NCBI GenBank assembly: GCA_963822405.1
Contig: CAWGHH010000004.1
Span: forward strand, 6,226-70,225
From: Candidatus Uhrbacteria bacterium
GTDB lineage: Bacteria > Patescibacteriota > Patescibacteriia > UBA9934
Length of the DNA: 64,000 nt
Direction: 5' to 3'
Below, piece after piece: positions 11,075-19,935 of this stretch. The notes under the pieces were generated by a model that was given only the letters and a program-made list of their open reading frames with translations, ran no database searches and had not been told where the DNA came from. Both the position numbers and the translations under genes were made by a program. Position 1 is the stretch's first letter; each line of letters begins with the position of its first letter.

Positions 11075-14000
11075 CCGGAGCGCCGCCAGTCTCCAAGCTC
11101 AAATACATGTGATTTGTTTCAACTGTAGTAGCACCAACCACACTTGTTGTTGTAAAAGATTCTGTGTTCATCTTCTGCGTAAAGATAGCGTAGATAGCCG
11201 GGTTTCTACATGACGTAGAAGACGCAGTTGGGAACAAAGTAGCAGTTGGCCTTGGCATGCAGCAGTGCGCCGAACCAACTCCGTAAAGCGAAGGATTTGT
11301 ACAGCTAGCATCAGACGTGGCCACGCAAGAAAGAGAAAGATCGGCTGTAGTAGAAAGACCGGACGAATCTTCAGTCACTTGCACGGTAGCTAGAGCCTTC
11401 TTGGTTGTTCCATCCACCTCGAACACTGCACCATCAGAAATCACCGCAGTTTGCAGAGGATCGATTCTGCCGTCACCGGCTACGCCAACTTCACAAGCTG
11501 GATATTCGCCCACTCCAGCAAACCCGTCACCACAGAAAGATGCTTCCGTGTAAGCCGTGGAGGATCCCTCAAATAGACAGCGACTAGAACAGCCATCGCC
11601 GCTTACTTGGCTGCTATCATCACAGTCTTCAAAGACAGGACTGACGTCCCCATCGCCACAACCCTGCGCCTCCGTACCACCTTCATGCAAACAAGAAGAC
11701 GAACAGCCATCGCCGTTTACCACGTTCGAATCGTCACAGCTCTCAGCTGGAGCATCAACTCGACCATCGCCACAAACAGCCCCACCAATAGAAGCTAAAG
11801 TTGGCGTACCTTCGTTTGTACAGTTAGAAGAACAGCCGTCACCGTTTCTAGCGTTCCCGTCATCACATTCTTCACCGGCTTTAGTAGTAGCGTTTCGAGC
11901 AATGTCGTTGTTTCCGCAGGTTGCACCAACAGATCTAGAACCTTCGGCCTGACATTTACTAGAACAGCCGTCACCGTCAACCCCATTATGGTCATCACAA
12001 TCTTCCGCTAGATCGATCGTTCCGTTTCCACACATTGGAACAATAGTACCTTCACGTAAACACGAGGCCGAACAGCCATCGCCGCTTGCTACATTACCGT
12101 CTTCGCATTCTTCACCAGCAGTCGCGTCAAGCCGACCGTCGCCGCAAATAGCACGGTAGGCCACGCTGCCACCGGCAGTACATGAAGCTGTACAGGCGGA
12201 AGGAACTGAAGATGGGGACGTGTCCTGTAACTTTCCACCCAACCATTCAGCAACTACCGTTGAAGCATTACCATCAATGTTCTTGTCTACGATCGGGTTC
12301 GCCCAAGACCAAGAATATGAGAATCCGGTGAGTCTCTGACCAGACTGAGAACAGCTATCAGCCTCTCCGTATGCAGTGCTAGAGAATGTTGCCCTATCCC
12401 CAATCGATTTAGCTAATACACTAGCCGGGGAAATAGAAACTCTATTCACAGCACAAGCACTAGCATCTTCTCGAGCCCGGAAAATCCAAGAATAATCGCC
12501 ACCGTCATTTGTTCTGATTAATGGCACGCCACTCATACTCTTAACCGAGCCTGAGACAATTACCTTGTAAAAAGTGCTCGGATTCAAAGTGACTGTGGAC
12601 AAGGAGAAACCAGTACAATCGCCGGAAATACCAGTAACAGTGATACATTTAGCATTTGGGTTGGCAACTTCGCTAGTCGAAGAACAGAGTTCATTAGCAC
12701 AAGAGAACAAGCGAACAGCACCAGCCATTTCAACAGTCTGTGGCTTCATTGGAATGTTGAAACTCGCCCCGATCTGAGCGTTCATGCAAGCAGAATCACA
12801 ATCCGGCCACACACCCGTGACGTACGGATCTGTAAATTTAATGGTCAAATCACCAGCGCCCGAAGTGGTAGTGGTTCCAACAGTTGCTTTCACCGGAGTC
12901 TGGCCCTCAGCTAAAGCTTCAGCTGTAGCGCAAGAACTATTGCCACCAACACAAGATGGATTAGCCGTGCTATTAAAACCAGCAAAACTTGGGTTCATGC
13001 TCCACGCCCAGGTCACTGAGGCTGGATCAACCACTACACATCCAGAGGTTGGCAAGGCCGAGAAACTCTGCGTAGCATTCTTTGTCGTAAGCGAGGCTTT
13101 AGACGGAGAAACGCGAGCGCTATCAATTACACATGAACCGGCGTCAGTCTTAGTTAAGAATGTCCATTGAACATCATTCGGAAGAGCTATCCCGTCAGCC
13201 GACTGCGCATCAGTGGTGACAGTCACTCGATAGGTTGTGCCGGTGGCAAACACTGAGCCCGGCTTAAAAGTGAACGAGCTAGCGGTAGTTTGAACTGATC
13301 CGGTTACTGAAACCGCCGTAGAACACGGGTTAGATCCACCACCAGAACAACGCTCAACTTTCACCGCGCTGCCAAGCGTCGCTTGATTCATTGGGACAGT
13401 GAACTCCGCATAAACAACCGCGTTCACACAAACGGTATCTGTGAACTTAATGTTCGGCACAGAAGAAACAACAGCCTGTGAACATTCAGAAACAATTCGC
13501 GGAACCTTTGGCACAGATCCAGAAGAGAAACTCCAGGCGTAGCCACCACCCACCGCGCCAAGAGATACTGCCGGCGAGGAGACCGAGAATGGCACGTCAT
13601 TTCCCTTTACGCCGGCCGCGTTTACCAGACGAACGTTTCCTGATTGCGCCGCCGGAGGGACTACTGCTTTTACTTCAGTGTTACTCCATGAGCTGATGAC
13701 AGAAGTGACGCTCGACGAAAAAGTAACCGCTCCTTTTGTGCTTCCAAAATGGTCGCCCACCATTTTAACGACGTCTCCCGAAACACCAGTGCCAGGAATA
13801 ATGCCACACACATTTGGAGCATCATCCGTGGTCGATATAGTGAATGGAATAGTATTCGAATTCTGACCTCCAGCTGTAGTCATTGAAATAGTGTAAGCAC
13901 CAGGAAGCAAAGCAGTTCCCGCAGTACTGCTACCAGGAACAATAAATCTAACTGAAGTTGGGCTCCATGGGTTTACGGTACCGCAAGCCGCCGGGAAGTC

Positions 14001-16136
14001 TAAGCTAGCAATACCAATATCACCCGTGGCTGTATTCTTAAATTTAACCGTACCTTTAGCTGTGCCAAAATTGGCGCCTTCTAAACTGACGTATCGGCCA
14101 ATACCGCCCTGTCCAGGGTTTATAGATAGAAGCGAAGGAGCAGGAGTATTGGTTCCTGCGGTACCACCGGCTGAAGGAGGAATAGTCGATCCTGGCGTAG
14201 TGCCACCGGGAGGCGTGGTTCCGCTCGGGGGTGTAGTTCCGCCAGCTGAAGAACCTGCAGCGGCCGAAGTAAACCGCAAGCTAATCGAATTTGAAGAAAC
14301 CCCAGTTCCAGAAACTACTCGAACGCCGAATAATCCGTCACGCGTAGAAAGCACCGGCACAACAACCTGGGCTGAAGTGTCGCCCCACACTGGATATGAA
14401 GAACCGGTTTGAGCATTACCGAATGCAATAGTCGAGGCATTCACGCCCGACGGAGTTCTGTTCGCCCCGAATCCAGCGCCGATCAAAGTCAGCGAATCAC
14501 CAGCCTTAGCGCTCATGGCTGAAAGGCTACAAAGGTTAGGATGAATCACCGCGTCAACCACGAAGTTAGCAATCAGTGGACCTCTAACGTCACCCGTAGC
14601 ATCACGGCCAAGATCATCAGTTGCGTCAGCTCGAACAATTGAAATTGGACCGTTACCGGTGCCAGCAGGCACAACCACAATTACCTGGCGATCAGTCCAA
14701 CCTCCGTCACATGGCGCAAGTTGCGCCTCGATTGGAGCGCCGGAAGTAGCGAAAAATACTTTTCCTGGCGTAGCTCCAAAACCGTTACCAGAAATAGTTA
14801 CGTAAGTTCCAGGCGCGCCAGAAAGAGGAGAAACAGCTCTGATCACCGTCATGGCCTTACAAGTACCATTAACACAAGAGCCGGATTGGCAGTCAGTTGA
14901 AGCAGTACAGACAGAACCATCACACGCACCACAGTAATTAATGTTGGTCGGATCTCCGCCACAATCAATTCCAGTTTCGCCACTGCCAGAATCTAGAATG
15001 TTATTTTGACAACTTGCTGGCGACAACATAACAGAAACCGAATCCTCGGCCGTGTTCCCGGCCAGGTCAGTAATCGTCGACGAAAGATTAATAGTGTTGC
15101 CCGCATCAATATTGCTCGTATCCCATGAAGTACTGATAGTCACATTTTTCGGATCAGTTCCGCTGGCTGGCACTTCGTCAAAGCTCACGCTGCCAGCTAA
15201 GAATGTAGCGCTTGCCACCCCAACGTCGTCCGTTCCGATCACCTGCACATTCTGTGAACTATTCGCAGCGATTCGTTGTCCAGAAGTAGGGTCAGTTAAT
15301 CTGGCAGTTGGTGCTGTTTCGTCAATGATCGTCCCAGTTGTAAACGTGCCGGTACATGGACGGCTAGTAGGACAGGTCAACGCAGCCGCAGAAGTATTCT
15401 TAATGGCAGTAGTTAAAGTAACAGTGAACTGTGTGCTAGCGTCGAAACATCTAGTCACGGAACCAGTGGAACAAGGCGTAGTTGGCTTAAACGTGATCAC
15501 GTTCCCAGAAACGGAAGGCGTGCCATCAATAACCGCGCCGGTAAGTGTATTTTTTACTGTGAATGCCCCAGCGATGCTTGCTGGATCAACATTCTTTGAG
15601 AATGTAACCCGAACTTGAGGATTACGAATAGTGATTTCTCCGGCAGGTTTTACGCCAGTCACTACGAATGCACTACCAGAGCCTCCGCCAAGCGCCGAAC
15701 CTCCGCCGGCACCACCCCCACCACCAGTGCCACCGCTCCCGCCGGCTCCAGTCGCGCCCAAGATAGAGGACATAACAAAAGACACAATAGACCAGGACAT
15801 CAAGATAATCATGAGGCCAATTCCACCACCAATCAAAATCTTTTTAGCTTTCGCGACATTCTCTTCGTTTCCAGCGGCCGTCATCCAAACAAAACCACCG
15901 TAAAGAACAATCACCACCGCCACAACACCAAGCAAAGAAATTCCAGTTCTAATCAAGCGCGCCACGATGAGTCTAGGATCTTCGCTGCCCAAGCCAGCTG
16001 ACTGCCCCACCACATCAAGCCCGCCCTGGACATCCGCCGACTGGGCTAAAGCGATCATCGGCAAAGCGAACGGCAAGGCCGTACTCGCCATGACGAGTGC
16101 TCCGAGGACTAGATGTTTTAAGGGCTTGATGTTCAC
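10998..16136 (-). CDS. Giant (1712 aa) cell-surface protein: signal peptide + 2-TM hairpin anchor, Gly-rich linker, Ig-like and IPT/TIG-like domains, Thr/Pro linker, six Cys-rich CGDG...CDDGN...GDGCS repeats
   Basis: N-terminus MNIKPLKHLVLGALVMASTALPFALPMIALA-QS (AxA-type cleavage site). TM1 ISLLGVVAVVIVLYGGFVWMTAAGNEENVAKAKKILI, TM2 GGGIGLMIILMSWSIVSFVM, then a GGSGGTGGGGGAGGG linker. IPT/TIG-like segments (SGAPGTYVTISGNGFG; GQGGIGRYVSLEGANFG; GVSGDVVKMVGDHFG). C-terminal repeats such as ICGDGRLDATAGEECEDGNVASGDGCSASC, six copies. Confidence 0.85.
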   Translation of the reverse strand: MNIKPLKHLVLGALVMASTALPFALPMIALAQSADVQGGLDVVGQSAGLGSEDPRLIVARLIRTGISLLGVVAVVIVLYGGFVWMTAAGNEENVAKAKKILIGGGIGLMIILMSWSIVSFVMSSILGATGAGGSGGTGGGGGAGGGSALGGGSGSAFVVTGVKPAGEITIRNPQVRVTFSKNVDPASIAGAFTVKNTLTGAVIDGTPSVSGNVITFKPTTPCSTGSVTRCFDASTQFTVTLTTAIKNTSAAALTCPTSRPCTGTFTTGTIIDETAPTARLTDPTSGQRIAANSSQNVQVIGTDDVGVASATFLAGSVSFDEVPASGTDPKNVTISTSWDTSNIDAGNTINLSSTITDLAGNTAEDSVSVMLSPASCQNNILDSGSGETGIDCGGDPTNINYCGACDGSVCTASTDCQSGSCVNGTCKAMTVIRAVSPLSGAPGTYVTISGNGFGATPGKVFFATSGAPIEAQLAPCDGGWTDRQVIVVVPAGTGNGPISIVRADATDDLGRDATGDVRGPLIANFVVDAVIHPNLCSLSAMSAKAGDSLTLIGAGFGANRTPSGVNASTIAFGNAQTGSSYPVWGDTSAQVVVPVLSTRDGLFGVRVVSGTGVSSNSISLRFTSAAAGSSAGGTTPPSGTTPPGGTTPGSTIPPSAGGTAGTNTPAPSLLSINPGQGGIGRYVSLEGANFGTAKGTVKFKNTATGDIGIASLDFPAACGTVNPWSPTSVRFIVPGSSTAGTALLPGAYTISMTTAGGQNSNTIPFTISTTDDAPNVCGIIPGTGVSGDVVKMVGDHFGSTKGAVTFSSSVTSVISSWSNTEVKAVVPPAAQSGNVRLVNAAGVKGNDVPFSVSSPAVSLGAVGGGYAWSFSSGSVPKVPRIVSECSQAVVSSVPNIKFTDTVCVNAVVYAEFTVPMNQATLGSAVKVERCSGGGSNPCSTAVSVTGSVQTTASSFTFKPGSVFATGTTYRVTVTTDAQSADGIALPNDVQWTFLTKTDAGSCVIDSARVSPSKASLTTKNATQSFSALPTSGCVVVDPASVTWAWSMNPSFAGFNSTANPSCVGGNSSCATAEALAEGQTPVKATVGTTTTSGAGDLTIKFTDPYVTGVWPDCDSACMNAQIGASFNIPMKPQTVEMAGAVRLFSCANELCSSTSEVANPNAKCITVTGISGDCTGFSLSTVTLNPSTFYKVIVSGSVKSMSGVPLIRTNDGGDYSWIFRAREDASACAVNRVSISPASVLAKSIGDRATFSSTAYGEADSCSQSGQRLTGFSYSWSWANPIVDKNIDGNASTVVAEWLGGKLQDTSPSSVPSACTASCTAGGSVAYRAICGDGRLDATAGEECEDGNVASGDGCSASCLREGTIVPMCGNGTIDLAEDCDDHNGVDGDGCSSKCQAEGSRSVGATCGNNDIARNATTKAGEECDDGNARNGDGCSSNCTNEGTPTLASIGGAVCGDGRVDAPAESCDDSNVVNGDGCSSSCLHEGGTEAQGCGDGDVSPVFEDCDDSSQVSGDGCSSRCLFEGSSTAYTEASFCGDGFAGVGEYPACEVGVAGDGRIDPLQTAVISDGAVFEVDGTTKKALATVQVTEDSSGLSTTADLSLSCVATSDASCTNPSLYGVGSAHCCMPRPTATLFPTASSTSCRNPAIYAIFTQKMNTESFTTTSVVGATTVETNHMYLSLETGGAPVGPGPARTSISEHDLPKWLSGCPFA

Positions 16137-16145
16137 AATAGAAGA

Positions 16146-17936
16146 TTAAAAGAGGACGCAGGCAGAAGCCGACGAAACTCCGTTGCAACAGTAAGGGGAA
16201 GAGGCAGTAACACCACAAACACCACCCGTCGCATCCGGTCCAGCGCCTGGTACATAACAATTCTGATACTCGTTCAAAAGTCCACTCGTGACCGTCGAGC
16301 CATATTCGTAAGTCTTGCCGTCAACTGACTGCAGGAACGTACCGTGGCTTATTTTCACAAGCGTCTGAGCGGGAATCTGAGAACCAGAAGTCACTAACTC
16401 GCCATTACTCGTTAAGTATGAAGTGCTTGGCGAATACCACATTTCATGCGAAGTGTTGGTTGATAATTCCTTATTAGACAAACTAATCGTGTCTTGTGAA
16501 ATGGTCGAGGTCATTAAAACGCCATCAAAAGTCACCAGCACTGGCTGATCAAGTGGCACATTCTCCTCAGAAATATTCGGCGAGATAGAAGTTATACTTG
16601 GCCCCTTAAGCGCAATGTCACCAGTGGTCGAAAAGCCCCAGGCGAAGCTGTCTCCGGCCGTTCCGTCATGATTACCGTCTAACGAGTTACCAGCCATGTC
16701 GACAACCCCGTCATATGGGAAGATATCAGCCTGCGGAGGATTCGTGGTGGTAGTCGCGCCTCTAACAGTTGCTGTCAGAGTACTGCTTCCCGGAAGACAG
16801 ACGATTGTTTCACCGCAAGAATTAGTTCCGCATGGACTGTCAGAATGGAACGTAACTGATGTATAGCCGTTGGAAATTTCATACGTTCCAGTCACCGGAG
16901 TAGCACCAGCAGTAATGGCGATATTTGAAAATCCCCCAGCCTGAGCGTGTTGACCGGAAGCTGACGTAGGATCAACTGGTTCAGAAAAAGTAGCTTGCAC
17001 TACAATGTTTCGAGCAAACGTACCAGCATTTGCCGGCGTCACGCTCACGATAGTAGGAGGCGTGAGATCAAGAACGGTACCAGTTTCAAATGACCATTTG
17101 TAACCACCGCTATATGAACCAGCAAAGATTTTGTTTCCGCTGGCATTTTTAATATCAGCAGTCAGTTGCACCGTGTACTGCACTTTACTGGTTGGCGAAC
17201 CTAAATAGACGGCCGGCTTAAAGACAAAAGTCCTGTGATCATCAGTCGAGCTGATCGTCACATCTGTCAAAGCTCCTGGCGCACCAGACGCCGTAGGAAA
17301 AATCTTAACCGAGCCTACCGTGACCGTAGCTGGATCAATCGCTTCCTTAAAAGTAAGCATCACTTTAGCGTTCCTCGCTACGTCTGTTTGATTACGTGTT
17401 GGGTAGTGATCACGAATCGGCCCGGAACCAAGCGCGCCAGATAGACTCTCTACGGAAACTCCCCCATTACCGCCGCCACCAGTACCGCCATTACCACCGC
17501 CAGTACCACCGGTGATAGCGTTTATCACGAATGTTGTAATCCCGTATGCGCTCAGCGTAATAACAATTCCGACCGTAGCTTGAATTAAAATATTCTTAGC
17601 CTTAACAACCTTTTTGTCATCCCCACCGGCCGTCATCCAGATAACTCCAGCGTAGATTGTCAAAATAAGAAAAACAACTCCCAACAATCCTAGGAATATG
17701 CTGATTATTCGACCGATGATTGTAGGAAGATCAGCTCCCCCAAGTCCGGCCGTGGCCGCTACCTGCGCTGCTTGATCTGTCTGCGCTAAAACGTGTGGCG
17801 CAGAAAATAAAAAGCCGCCCACAAAAACACCAAGGCCAAGTAAAAGAGAAATCCGCGCCGTTCGGCTCAACATAGTCCCCACTATTTTACCGCAAAAAAA
17901 GAGTCCCCACGTTATTTGCATGGGGACACTTTCCAA
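16146..17936 (-). CDS. Cell-surface protein (596 aa by first ATG; likely start at 17873) with the same signal-peptide/2-TM N-terminal module followed by bacterial Ig-like (Big/SbsA-type) domains
   Basis: MLSRTARISLLLGLGVFVGGFLFSAPHVLA-QT, then IIGRIISIFLGLLGVVFLILTIYAGVIWMTAGGDDKKVVKAKNILIQATVGIVITLSAYGI, then GGTGGGNGGTGGGG. Big-like PTIVSVTPANAGT...VQATFSEPVDP. The N-terminal module is collinear with that of the 1712-aa protein. Confidence 0.85.
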   Translation of the reverse strand: MESVPMQITWGLFFCGKIVGTMLSRTARISLLLGLGVFVGGFLFSAPHVLAQTDQAAQVAATAGLGGADLPTIIGRIISIFLGLLGVVFLILTIYAGVIWMTAGGDDKKVVKAKNILIQATVGIVITLSAYGITTFVINAITGGTGGGNGGTGGGGNGGVSVESLSGALGSGPIRDHYPTRNQTDVARNAKVMLTFKEAIDPATVTVGSVKIFPTASGAPGALTDVTISSTDDHRTFVFKPAVYLGSPTSKVQYTVQLTADIKNASGNKIFAGSYSGGYKWSFETGTVLDLTPPTIVSVTPANAGTFARNIVVQATFSEPVDPTSASGQHAQAGGFSNIAITAGATPVTGTYEISNGYTSVTFHSDSPCGTNSCGETIVCLPGSSTLTATVRGATTTTNPPQADIFPYDGVVDMAGNSLDGNHDGTAGDSFAWGFSTTGDIALKGPSITSISPNISEENVPLDQPVLVTFDGVLMTSTISQDTISLSNKELSTNTSHEMWYSPSTSYLTSNGELVTSGSQIPAQTLVKISHGTFLQSVDGKTYEYGSTVTSGLLNEYQNCYVPGAGPDATGGVCGVTASSPYCCNGVSSASACVLF

Positions 17937-18016
17937 CCCAGAGAGAAATATGTATCAGAAAATTTTTAGGAGGTAACCCGACTCAAATTTTATGATGCAT
18001 ATTTCTCTCTGGGTTG
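17936..18016. repeat. Conserved-loop hairpin element, copy 1 (about 30-bp perfect stem; loop TTAGGAGGTAACCCGACTC on the plus strand)
   Basis: Left arm aacccagagagaaatatgtatcagaaaattt, loop ttaggaggtaacccgactc, right arm aaattttatgatgcatatttctctctgggtt. The arms are reverse complements, allowing G-U pairs. Confidence 0.85.
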
Positions 18017-18028
18017 TAAGCCTTTTCA

Positions 18029-19114
18029 CTATCTTATCTCCTTACTTATCAATGTCCTCAGTTCAGGCAAACCTTCTTTTGTCAAAGCGGAAACCGGCAC
18101 GCCACCTTCTATCTCTGGCAGCTTTTTCACCAGATCGGCTTTGTTCAAAACAATAATCACTGGCGTATCTTTAATTCCCAAGGACTTCAGAATATCTTCA
18201 ACTACTTTTTTCTTCAGTTCTAACTTTGGATCGGCAGCATCAATCACATGCAACAATAAATCCGCATGAACAGCCTCAGATAAGGTTGAACGGAACGCCT
18301 TAATAAGTGACGGTGGCAAATCACGGATAAAGCCGATCGTGTCGGATAGCAACGCTGAACCACCAAGCTCAGGCAAATACATCTCACCTACCCGAGTATC
18401 AAGCGTAGCAAAAAGCTTGTTCGCCGAAACCTCCTTACGTTTCGTTAACACGTTTAATAGTGCCGTCTTGCCTGCGTTTGTGTAACCAACAAGCGCCACG
18501 GTCTTAAACCCGGCGCGCGCTCTACTCTTTCTATGTTCGGCTCTTGCTCCCTCATATGTTTCAAGCTTCTTCAAAATAGCCCGCTCTCGTTCGCGAATAT
18601 GTCGCTTCATCTTCTCCGTGTTACTCTCCCCCGCTCCCCCGCGAACGCCCGTACCACCAGCCTGCTTACCAAGCTGTGCGCCCATGTTATAAATACGCGG
18701 ACCAATGTGACGCAAACGTGCAAGTTCAATCTCTAACTTCGCCTCAGCACTCGTGGCATGCCGATCGAAGATATGCAAAATCAAGTCGACTCTATCCCAC
18801 ACCTTCATCTTAACCGGCTCTAGTGCTTCTTCGAGCCTAAACAACTGACCAGGCTTCAATAGGTCGTTTACAATCAACACATTCGCCCCAGTCGCCTTTG
18901 CCTCAGCGATTATTTCTTCGAGCTTGCCGCTACCAACAAATGTATCGTTGTCCGGTTTATCTCTGCGCTGAATAGTTTTTACAACCGCAATACCGCCGTA
19001 GGTCTGTGTTAGAGCCTCAAGCTCGGCCATCCGTTCCAGCGCTTCCGCCTTCGGGACCGTAAAGTGAACCACGTCGGCCAGAATTGCCTTGTACGCCCCG
19101 GCTGGATTACTCAT
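18029..19114 (-). CDS. hflX: GTPase HflX
   Basis: 361 aa. HflX N-domain (GSGKLEEI) plus G-domain (GYTNAGKTALLN, DTIGF). Confidence 0.9.
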   Translation of the reverse strand: MSNPAGAYKAILADVVHFTVPKAEALERMAELEALTQTYGGIAVVKTIQRRDKPDNDTFVGSGKLEEIIAEAKATGANVLIVNDLLKPGQLFRLEEALEPVKMKVWDRVDLILHIFDRHATSAEAKLEIELARLRHIGPRIYNMGAQLGKQAGGTGVRGGAGESNTEKMKRHIRERERAILKKLETYEGARAEHRKSRARAGFKTVALVGYTNAGKTALLNVLTKRKEVSANKLFATLDTRVGEMYLPELGGSALLSDTIGFIRDLPPSLIKAFRSTLSEAVHADLLLHVIDAADPKLELKKKVVEDILKSLGIKDTPVIIVLNKADLVKKLPEIEGGVPVSALTKEGLPELRTLISKEIR

Positions 19115-19553
19115 TTAAAAACTTCTCAACTTTTTCTTTAATCCGAGAACCGTCAACCAGTCCTTTCAATTCTTTAGCGAGTGCGCCGACTACCTTTCCA
19201 ATTTCACTCGACGCCTTTGCGCCAAGCTCCTCGATCTTTGCTCTGACCTTTGCCTCAAGCTCGTTGTCAGACATTTGTTCAGGCAAATACTTTTCAAGAA
19301 TCGCAATTTCTTTCCTGGCCTCCTCAGCTAAATCTTCCCGAGCACTTGATACAAACATATCAAGAGCGTCCTTCATCTTCTTCGCATCACTCTTGATCAC
19401 CGCAATAACTTCTGCGTCTTCAAGTTCTTTATTAAGCTCAATCGCCTTATTACGAATGGACGAAATAACCATCCGTAAAACCTCAAGCGTCTTTGTTTCT
19501 TTTCCCTTCATCGCCGCCTTCATGTCTTCTGAAAGTTTTTCTTGTAATTTCAT
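19107..19553 (-). CDS. GatB/YqeY domain protein
   Basis: 148 aa, helical. N-terminal MKLQEKLSEDMKAAMKGKETKTLEVLRMV matches the YqeY family. Confidence 0.75.
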   Translation of the reverse strand: MKLQEKLSEDMKAAMKGKETKTLEVLRMVISSIRNKAIELNKELEDAEVIAVIKSDAKKMKDALDMFVSSAREDLAEEARKEIAILEKYLPEQMSDNELEAKVRAKIEELGAKASSEIGKVVGALAKELKGLVDGSRIKEKVEKFLNE

Positions 19554-19570
19554 ATGTTGGATATATTAAC

Positions 19571-19608
19571 ACAAAACCCCCTAGGCCAGAGGCTTCGGGG
19601 GTCTTTTG
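19571..19608 (-). terminator. Putative Rho-independent terminator downstream of rpsU
   Basis: GC-rich imperfect stem (cccccuaggcc...cuucggggg) followed by a U-run on the minus strand. Confidence 0.45.
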
Positions 19609-19609
19609 C

Positions 19610-19870
19610 TTACCGACCGCCACGCTTCTTAGCGCGTAGATCTTCTTCTTTGATCTTTCCTGTTTTAAGGAGGAATTCACGTCTCTCGCCCATTTCTAAG
19701 CGTCTGAGAGCTGAATCGTGTACGCGGTTTTTCTTTGGAGTTTTCTCAAAGAAACGTCCGGAACGTACGTCCAAAACTTTACCGCTCTGTTGAAGACGGC
19801 GGGAAAAACGGCGGAATACCGCTTCAAAGCTCTCCCCTTTCTTTCTTTTTACTTCGATGGATGATGCCAC
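19610..19870 (-). CDS. rpsU: 30S ribosomal protein S21
   Basis: 86 aa. VKRKKGESFEAVFRRFSRRLQQSGKVLDVRSGRFFEKTPKK fits the S21 pattern. Confidence 0.85.
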   Translation of the reverse strand: MASSIEVKRKKGESFEAVFRRFSRRLQQSGKVLDVRSGRFFEKTPKKNRVHDSALRRLEMGERREFLLKTGKIKEEDLRAKKRGGR

Positions 19871-19935
19871 AATATATTTTAAACCTTCCTTTCAAGGTTG
19901 GCGGGATGGTAACACAGGGCTTTTACCCTGGCAAG

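Noticed and set aside
19483-19793. Small ORFs (65 to 86 aa) around rpsU
   Set aside because: These overlap the S21 gene and terminator on the opposite strand and have no supporting signals.  ORF 19610..19870 (S21) is retained.  The rest are rejected.  ORFs listed: 19483..19680 -, 19554..19793 +, 19735..19974 +.  They are assumed spurious.  No RBS was seen.  Composition is biased.
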